NCBI GenBank assembly: GCA_913009335.1
Contig: CAJVXN010000001.1
Location: 2,844 to 66,843 of the forward strand
Source of the DNA: an uncultured bacterium
GTDB lineage: Bacteria; Omnitrophota; Gorgyraeia; Ghiorseimicrobiales; Ghiorseimicrobiaceae
Direction: 5' to 3'
Length of the DNA: 64,000 nt
Positions within the stretch are counted from its first letter, which is position 1. Every line of letters starts with the position of its first letter. Below are positions 58,258 through 64,000 of this stretch, one piece after another. Position numbers and translations under genes: made by a program. The notes beneath the pieces are model-generated. The model had not been told where the DNA came from. It worked only from the letters and a program-made list of their open reading frames with translations, and made no database searches.

Positions 58258-59478
58258 ATGAACTATCTTGGTATCGATATCTCAAAATCAACCGCCCGTT
58301 GTGTCATTATCAATAATGACGGCGAAAAAAGCGTAAAACCGTTTACGCTTAAAAACAACAAACACGAATTCAATGAACTTATTGAACGTTTAAAAAAACA
58401 TGATCTAAACTATGAAAATCTGCTTATCGGCATTGAAGCCACCGGTATTTGGTGGGAAAACATTTATTGTTTTCTAACTGAACAAAAATTTAAAATAGTT
58501 GTTCTTAACCCCCACCAGACAAACAAGTTTAGAGAAGCTTTGCGTAAAAAAGCAAAAACCGATGATATTGACGCTTATGTTATTGCCGGGCTTATGCGTT
58601 CAAACGAATACGCTCAAAGCTTTGTGCCTGAAGAAGCTGTTCAAATCCTAAAGGATTTTACTAAACTCAGATACAGGCTTATCAAAGATCAAAAAGACTA
58701 TCAAAGACAGGCATTAAGCTTGCTGGCTTTGGTTTTTCCTGAATATGAACAAACAAAACTAAAAAAACCTTTTGGTATTGCCGCGGCCGCGATTCTTAAA
58801 AAGTTCTCTACCGCAAAACATTTGGCTGAAGCAAAACCTAAACATATTGAGAAAATCGTTCGCTCAATCAAAGGCAATAATTTTAATATCAAGGAAATAA
58901 TACATCTTATACAAACAGCTAAAGACTCTATATATTCCGGCAGAGCTGCTTACGCTCGAGCCTTAAATCTTAATATTATGATAGAACAGGTTCAAAACAT
59001 AAATAAATCTATTGATGAACTTGATAAGGAAATCGAAAATATTCTCTCACCTAAAGATGATAATGAACCCTTTGATTTCCCAGGCGGCAATTTACTCTCT
59101 ATCCCTGGTATAGGGCTAAAAACTATTGCCTCTATTATCTCTGCTGTAGGTATTGATGGCCAATCTTTTAAAGATTCTAAAAAAATTATCGGATATATAG
59201 GATTTTATCCTAAAATCTATCAATCCGGTGAAACTTTAAAAGCAAACAAGATAGCTAAACGCGGCCCTTCATATTTACGTTCCGCTTTATACATAGCTGC
59301 TGTTGCCTGCGTTAAGCATAATGCTGAATTTAAAGCGCTATATCATAAAAAACGATCTCAAGGTAAAGCCGGTAAACAAGCTTTAATCTATGTCGCTAAA
59401 AAACTCGCGCACTTATGTTTAAGCATGCTTAAAAGCGGTGAATTGTATCAACCCCAAAGAGTTTTTATGCCTGTTTAA
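58258..59478 (+). mobile_element. IS110-family transposase gene (insertion sequence; element boundaries not resolved)
   Basis: MNYLGIDISKSTARCVII (DEDD-type N-terminus of IS110/IS116/IS902 transposases). The C-terminal domain carries GIGLKTIASIISAVG. It is the only substantial plus-strand gene in the window. Confidence 0.8.
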
Positions 59479-59588
59479 TTGTCAATGAACGTTCTTTGAA
59501 AATTTGTTATTTTTTACTTTATTCTTTATAGGATCTCTTTTTAAAAACCCGTTAAAACAATAAATATTAATTTTACAGGACCTTTAAA

Positions 59589-60530
59589 TTAATAAGCAAA
59601 TTTAAAAATGTAGAAAATATATCCCGCATATATACTAAAAAACAATAATCCTTCTAATCTTGTTAATTTTAATCTTATTTTAAAAAATAAAAGCAGAAGT
59701 AACGTAACGCCAATCACAACAGGCATTGTTATCATTTTAATCTGGTTATCTATATCTAATGGTCGAATCGAAGCAGAAACTCCAACAACTAATAAAATAT
59801 TTAATATATTGGCTCCGATTACATTACCTACTGCCAACTCACCCATATTCTTAATACTGGCAACTATAGCAGTGGATAATTCAGGGAGCGAAGTCCCCAC
59901 AGCAACAAGAGATAAACCAATAACAACTTCAGGAACCTGTAAAAATCTGGCAATACTTACTCCGCTCGGTATTATCGCGTACTTAGCAGCAATTATAACA
60001 CCGATTGCGCCTATTGCAAACTTTAGAATATCCTTCCCCGCGGTATGAACTGGAGAATTATCCTTCTGATATTGTTTTTTATTTTTAAATTCTCTTAAAA
60101 TAATATAAACAAAAAATACCACCAGGAGTGAACATAAAAGTAACCCATCCAGACGGCTAATTCTATTATCGGAAATAAATATACAGAGAATAAAAAGTAT
60201 GAAGATTAAGAAAGGAAGTTCTTGCCTTATTATTCTAGAACCAATATTAACAGGCCTAATTACAACGGCTATTGCTAATATTAAACCAATATTGGCCAGG
60301 CACGACCCTAAGGCATTACCAATAGCCATGCCCTCTATACCGGCATAAGAAGATATCGCGGATACTGTAAGCTCCGGAGCGGTTGTTGCCAAACTTACAA
60401 TTGTAAGTCCAATTACAATCCTGGGGATTTTAAAAATATAAGCTATTCCCTCAGCGCCGCTGGTAAATAAATCAGCGCTCTTTATAATTATGAGTACCCC
60501 AATTACAAAAATTAGTATATCTTTATACAA
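59589..60530 (-). CDS. Sodium/calcium exchanger (CaCA, YrbG-like) family membrane protein
   Basis: Two internally repeated alpha-repeat regions (GNALGSCLANIGLILA / GNVIGANILNILLVVG). 313 aa. Confidence 0.7.
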   Translation of the reverse strand: MYKDILIFVIGVLIIIKSADLFTSGAEGIAYIFKIPRIVIGLTIVSLATTAPELTVSAISSYAGIEGMAIGNALGSCLANIGLILAIAVVIRPVNIGSRIIRQELPFLIFILFILCIFISDNRISRLDGLLLCSLLVVFFVYIILREFKNKKQYQKDNSPVHTAGKDILKFAIGAIGVIIAAKYAIIPSGVSIARFLQVPEVVIGLSLVAVGTSLPELSTAIVASIKNMGELAVGNVIGANILNILLVVGVSASIRPLDIDNQIKMITMPVVIGVTLLLLLFFKIRLKLTRLEGLLFFSIYAGYIFYIFKFAY

Positions 60531-60899
60531 AACAGCTTAAATCTTCCCTTTATGGCAGGATTGAATAATAAAAGCGATTAGCCACATACTAACCGCAACT
60601 ATTCATACTGCAACATCTTACAATATAACCATTTTTGTGTCAAGAAATTAAGGAATAACTGCTTTTTTTAATCAATATTTTGCAAGACAGCATCTCTCAG
60701 CTTAAACCCGAATTATACAATAGATCGCAGAATTCGACGTAACCTCTTAAGCCATCTTGCCTTTCAAAAAGCCTCGCCGTACCATAAAGGTATGCCTGCG
60801 TTTTCTTCAAGGCAATCTAACCCAATATGTTACGTCTCGGTTCTCACATCTATTGCACGATTCGGGTTAAAAAAAGGAAGCCGGAAGCACTGAGCTCTC

Positions 60900-63059
60900 T
60901 CATCTGACTTTAAAGGTAATAATTATTTTCGTTCCTTTACCTTCCTTACTTTTTACTTCTATTGAAGCGTTATGCATATCAATTATATTCTTAACAATTG
61001 AGAGCCCCAAACCCGTACCTTCCCCCGCTTTCTTTGTGGTAAAAAACGGATCGAAGATTATCTTTAGCTTATCTTTAGAAATGCCTAAACCCGTATCTAC
61101 GATTTCTACAGTCACAACCGTCTCGTTGGACTTAAAAATATTCTGCCCTTCACTACCCAGTTTAGTCTTGGAATCTTTAAGCTTTGTTTGGTAAGTCCTC
61201 AAGGAAAGCTCTCCCCCTTCGGGCATAGCATGACAGGCATTTATTAAAACATTAACGAATACCTGTTCCATCTTACTTCTATCCGCGAGCACCTTTGGTA
61301 AATCACTCGCGAATTCCTTAGTAAGCTTTATTTTTTTCAACTTGACTCTATGCTGCACCAATACCAACGAATTCGCTACAATACGATTTATATCTTCGCC
61401 TTTAATCTTCAACTCCTGAGACCTGGAAAAATTAAGAAGCGTACATATAATAGTATCGGCTCTTTCAACGCTATCTTTTATCATTCTAAGAGTCTCAAGC
61501 GCTTCTTTATTTTTCATCGGAGATAAAACTCTATCCAGGTAATCCACCCCCTGTAATATTATGCCCAAAGGATTTTTTACTTCGTGAGCTATCCCACTAG
61601 CCATTGTGCCAATTGCTTTCATTTTCTCGGACTGAATAAGCTGAAAATGGGTTTTTTTAAGTTGAGCGTATGCCTCCTGTAGATGTCTCATTACCTCTAA
61701 GGTTTCTTCCTGGGATTTAGTTACCTCCTCTGTACGCTGCTCTACCCTTTTCTCCAAAGTCTTTGACCATGACTCAATCTCGTTATTAGCTCTAATAAGT
61801 TGTTTTTGTTTATTTTTTATGTTCAGCACCATGGCGTTAAAAGAAGCAGCTAGCTCACCGACTTCATCTTTTGATGCAACATCAATATTAGTATCCAACT
61901 CCCCCTCACTTATTCTCACCGTAGCATCTTTTAATTTCATAATAGGGGCAGAAATTGAACGGGCTATAAAAAAACCTATAAAAATAGCCAATACTGTCAC
62001 AAGAAACGCTGTAATTAATAAAATATTCCTTAATCGCAGACTGGCTGCAAATACCTTCTCCGTATCATGCTGAATTACTAAAATCCAGCCCAGGCCTTTA
62101 AAATTACGATAACCCCCTGAACGCGCATAGACAAAAAGCCCTTCTTTATCGTGTCTTGCGTCAATTCCTATATCATAATACAGATGATTGTATCCTGATC
62201 GCTTAAAATTATCAATAAATAATACCCCTGATAAATCTTTAAAAAAAACATTGCCCATTGTTGAATAAATCGACCGTCCGTCTTTGGTTAATAAATCAAA
62301 GCGCATATCCAGCAAATCGCCATAATCTTTATAAATACTCTGTTCATTGCGGTATTTTTTAATCTCACCTTTCTCTAATTCTACCAGAATATCAATGACT
62401 CCCCGAACATCTAAAGAAGCCTTGATTATACCTAAAAAATTTCCCGCATCATCATCTACTCTTACGCAAATATCTATGGAATAAACTTTCGCGTTTTCAT
62501 CATATGCTACATCTGCGATATAAAATCCGTCTTTTCTTGCCATACGCCACCATTCTTCATCAGCCTGCATGTAATCAGTAGTTTTTTGTGTCTGCGCGCA
62601 ATTTGCCCCATATTTATTTGTCGCAAAAACCTCACTAAAAAGATGATATCCGTATTCTTCCTGACGAAATCCCACAAAATTCCTTCTTAGTTTCTGCGAT
62701 AATGGATTATTTATCAAATTCTGTATAAACGGCGCAAGTTCTTTGCTGTCTCTATCTATCCATTGGGTATCTATTCTATCTATATAGCTCGCAATATCAT
62801 CCAGCTTTTCAAACTCCCTATTGGAATTAATAATAGTTTTACGCAAATCTAAATTTTGCCCATAGCGCTGTACTAAAATAAGCTTATCGTAAATATACCT
62901 ATCAATTATATCCAACAATCCGTCCGCCAGCTCCGCGGAATGTACCCCGATAGTTTTCTCTAGGGCCTTTTGGCTTGCTCCGCTAGAAAAATAACCCATT
63001 ACAAGAACTAATAGTGATATCACTAAAAATGACAATGTTAATTTAACGATTATTCTCAT
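60900..63059 (-). CDS. Sensor histidine kinase with a large periplasmic (Cache-like) domain, HAMP, HisKA and HATPase
   Basis: TM1 at residues 7-25. ~320-aa extracytoplasmic region. TM2. HAMP. HisKA (HEVKNPL). HATPase (GTGLGLSIVK). Confidence 0.8.
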   Translation of the reverse strand: MRIIVKLTLSFLVISLLVLVMGYFSSGASQKALEKTIGVHSAELADGLLDIIDRYIYDKLILVQRYGQNLDLRKTIINSNREFEKLDDIASYIDRIDTQWIDRDSKELAPFIQNLINNPLSQKLRRNFVGFRQEEYGYHLFSEVFATNKYGANCAQTQKTTDYMQADEEWWRMARKDGFYIADVAYDENAKVYSIDICVRVDDDAGNFLGIIKASLDVRGVIDILVELEKGEIKKYRNEQSIYKDYGDLLDMRFDLLTKDGRSIYSTMGNVFFKDLSGVLFIDNFKRSGYNHLYYDIGIDARHDKEGLFVYARSGGYRNFKGLGWILVIQHDTEKVFAASLRLRNILLITAFLVTVLAIFIGFFIARSISAPIMKLKDATVRISEGELDTNIDVASKDEVGELAASFNAMVLNIKNKQKQLIRANNEIESWSKTLEKRVEQRTEEVTKSQEETLEVMRHLQEAYAQLKKTHFQLIQSEKMKAIGTMASGIAHEVKNPLGIILQGVDYLDRVLSPMKNKEALETLRMIKDSVERADTIICTLLNFSRSQELKIKGEDINRIVANSLVLVQHRVKLKKIKLTKEFASDLPKVLADRSKMEQVFVNVLINACHAMPEGGELSLRTYQTKLKDSKTKLGSEGQNIFKSNETVVTVEIVDTGLGISKDKLKIIFDPFFTTKKAGEGTGLGLSIVKNIIDMHNASIEVKSKEGKGTKIIITFKVR

Positions 63060-63113
63060 TATGCGTATTTAGACCTTTCTGTAAAAGGTATTACGAAAGT
63101 CTATCCATCTAGA

Positions 63114-63977
63114 TTAAATAATTTTTATTCCGCCAATAAAAACACTAACGGCAATTACAAAAGAAATAAAGCTCACCATAAATGCTCTTAATCCATTACG
63201 CGTAAATAAAAGCCGTGAATCAGCATTAAAACCAATTGCTGCCATGGCTATGCTCCACATTATGGTTAACGCTATTTTAAATACAGGACCCAATGTGCTG
63301 GCGATATTGGGAACAAAATTAAATATTAATCCTGCTCCTAAAAAAGCCCATAAATACCAGGGGACATGAAACTTCCCCTTTACAAAGCTAGCAAATAACG
63401 GTATTAAAAACAATAAACCGACATATCTTAACGCTTTTACGGAAATCGCAATACTTTGAACTTCCCCGGGTAAATTCGCAACAGATGCCTTTACAAACCC
63501 GGTAAACTGCAATACGGATCCGGAAAAAAATCCGTAGTTTGCGCCTTCTATTTTAAAATAAAATCCTACTAAAGGCATCAAGATAAATAATCCGATTAAC
63601 GCGGATATAAAAACACTTATCAAGCTTATTGAAACATCATCCGCAGACGCATCTATAGCCTTAGAAGTTATGGCAATTGCCGAAGCCCCGCATATAGTAG
63701 AACCGGCAGCAATTAAATAACCTGTTTTCTCATTAAGTCCGAAAAGATTTGCCAACAGGAGTGATGAAATTAGATATATTAAAAACACAATAAACAGCAT
63801 AAAAATAAAATTCGTATCAACTGTCATGAATCTGGAAAAGTTCAAGTTTACCGCACCGTAGAATATCACACCTACAGGGATAAATAATGAAGGAGCAATG
63901 TTAAATCCAGCTATTGTTTCATCTTTGAATTTTATGAATGACCTGCAAATTACACCTATGATAAGCGCTATAAACAA
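63114..63977 (-). CDS. Polytopic membrane protein, possibly YeiH/UPF0324-type transporter family (N-terminus may extend beyond the annotated start)
   Basis: About 9 TM helices. AGSTICGASAIA motif. Confidence 0.35.
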   Translation of the reverse strand: MFIALIIGVICRSFIKFKDETIAGFNIAPSLFIPVGVIFYGAVNLNFSRFMTVDTNFIFMLFIVFLIYLISSLLLANLFGLNEKTGYLIAAGSTICGASAIAITSKAIDASADDVSISLISVFISALIGLFILMPLVGFYFKIEGANYGFFSGSVLQFTGFVKASVANLPGEVQSIAISVKALRYVGLLFLIPLFASFVKGKFHVPWYLWAFLGAGLIFNFVPNIASTLGPVFKIALTIMWSIAMAAIGFNADSRLLFTRNGLRAFMVSFISFVIAVSVFIGGIKII

Positions 63978-64000
63978 GGGATCTAAAATAGGTAATTTTA

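Overview
Most of this 64-kb AT-rich window is a bacterial (anaerobe-type) chromosomal segment with almost every gene on the minus strand; the only clear plus-strand gene is an IS110-family transposase at 58258-59478. I see no rRNA, tRNA or CRISPR array. Running along the minus strand (high to low coordinate), the content falls into four blocks.

(1) 34555-22834: an Rnf/Nqr-type six-gene membrane redox complex that looks like a hybrid. Its sixth subunit is an NqrF-type 2Fe-2S ferredoxin domain fused to a NuoE-type domain. It is followed by an HndB-like 2Fe-2S protein, a NuoF/HydB-like NADH flavoprotein, and the DRTGG/CBS-HATPase/PHP/HATPase regulator set that usually accompanies HydABC hydrogenases. 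The block ends with a HydA-N-terminal-like ferredoxin that has no H-cluster domain. A Rex gene sits upstream.

(2) 22847-7136: MenA and polyprenyl synthase, an octaheme c-type cytochrome, an outer-membrane beta-barrel, a Tat-exported molybdopterin oxidoreductase (FeS subunit B before catalytic subunit A, with no membrane anchor), a TorD-like chaperone, TatA/TatC, and a full Moco set (MoaA, MogA, MOSC, MoeA, MobA, plus a MOT1-family molybdate permease).

(3) 7008-1: a group 3b [NiFe] hydrogenase operon, with a HypA-like protein that lacks the Zn finger, subunits beta/gamma/delta/alpha, and the endopeptidase. Its promoter carries a near-consensus Rex box. Next comes a 79-bp tandem repeat, then a HydE-like radical SAM that has an N-terminal HypC-like domain, then a partial ThiH/HydG-family radical SAM.

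(4) 39499-63977: CTP synthase, a PAS-GGDEF-HD-GYP protein, a hybrid kinase, and a chemotaxis cluster (CheR-TPR, CheY, CheW, CheB, two paralogous MCPs, CheA-REC, a TM-anchored CheW). Two paralogous small Cys-rich proteins lie among these signalling genes. The rest is a CDF transporter, an aldolase/Zn-ADH pair, the IS110 element, a CaCA exchanger and a Cache-type histidine kinase.

Several families of structured intergenic repeats are present.

The most novel candidates are the HypC-HydE fusion sitting inside a [NiFe] hydrogenase locus and the Rnf complex with an NqrF/NuoEF-type NADH module.

Every call comes from motif recognition in the supplied translations and from reading the DNA. No searches were run.
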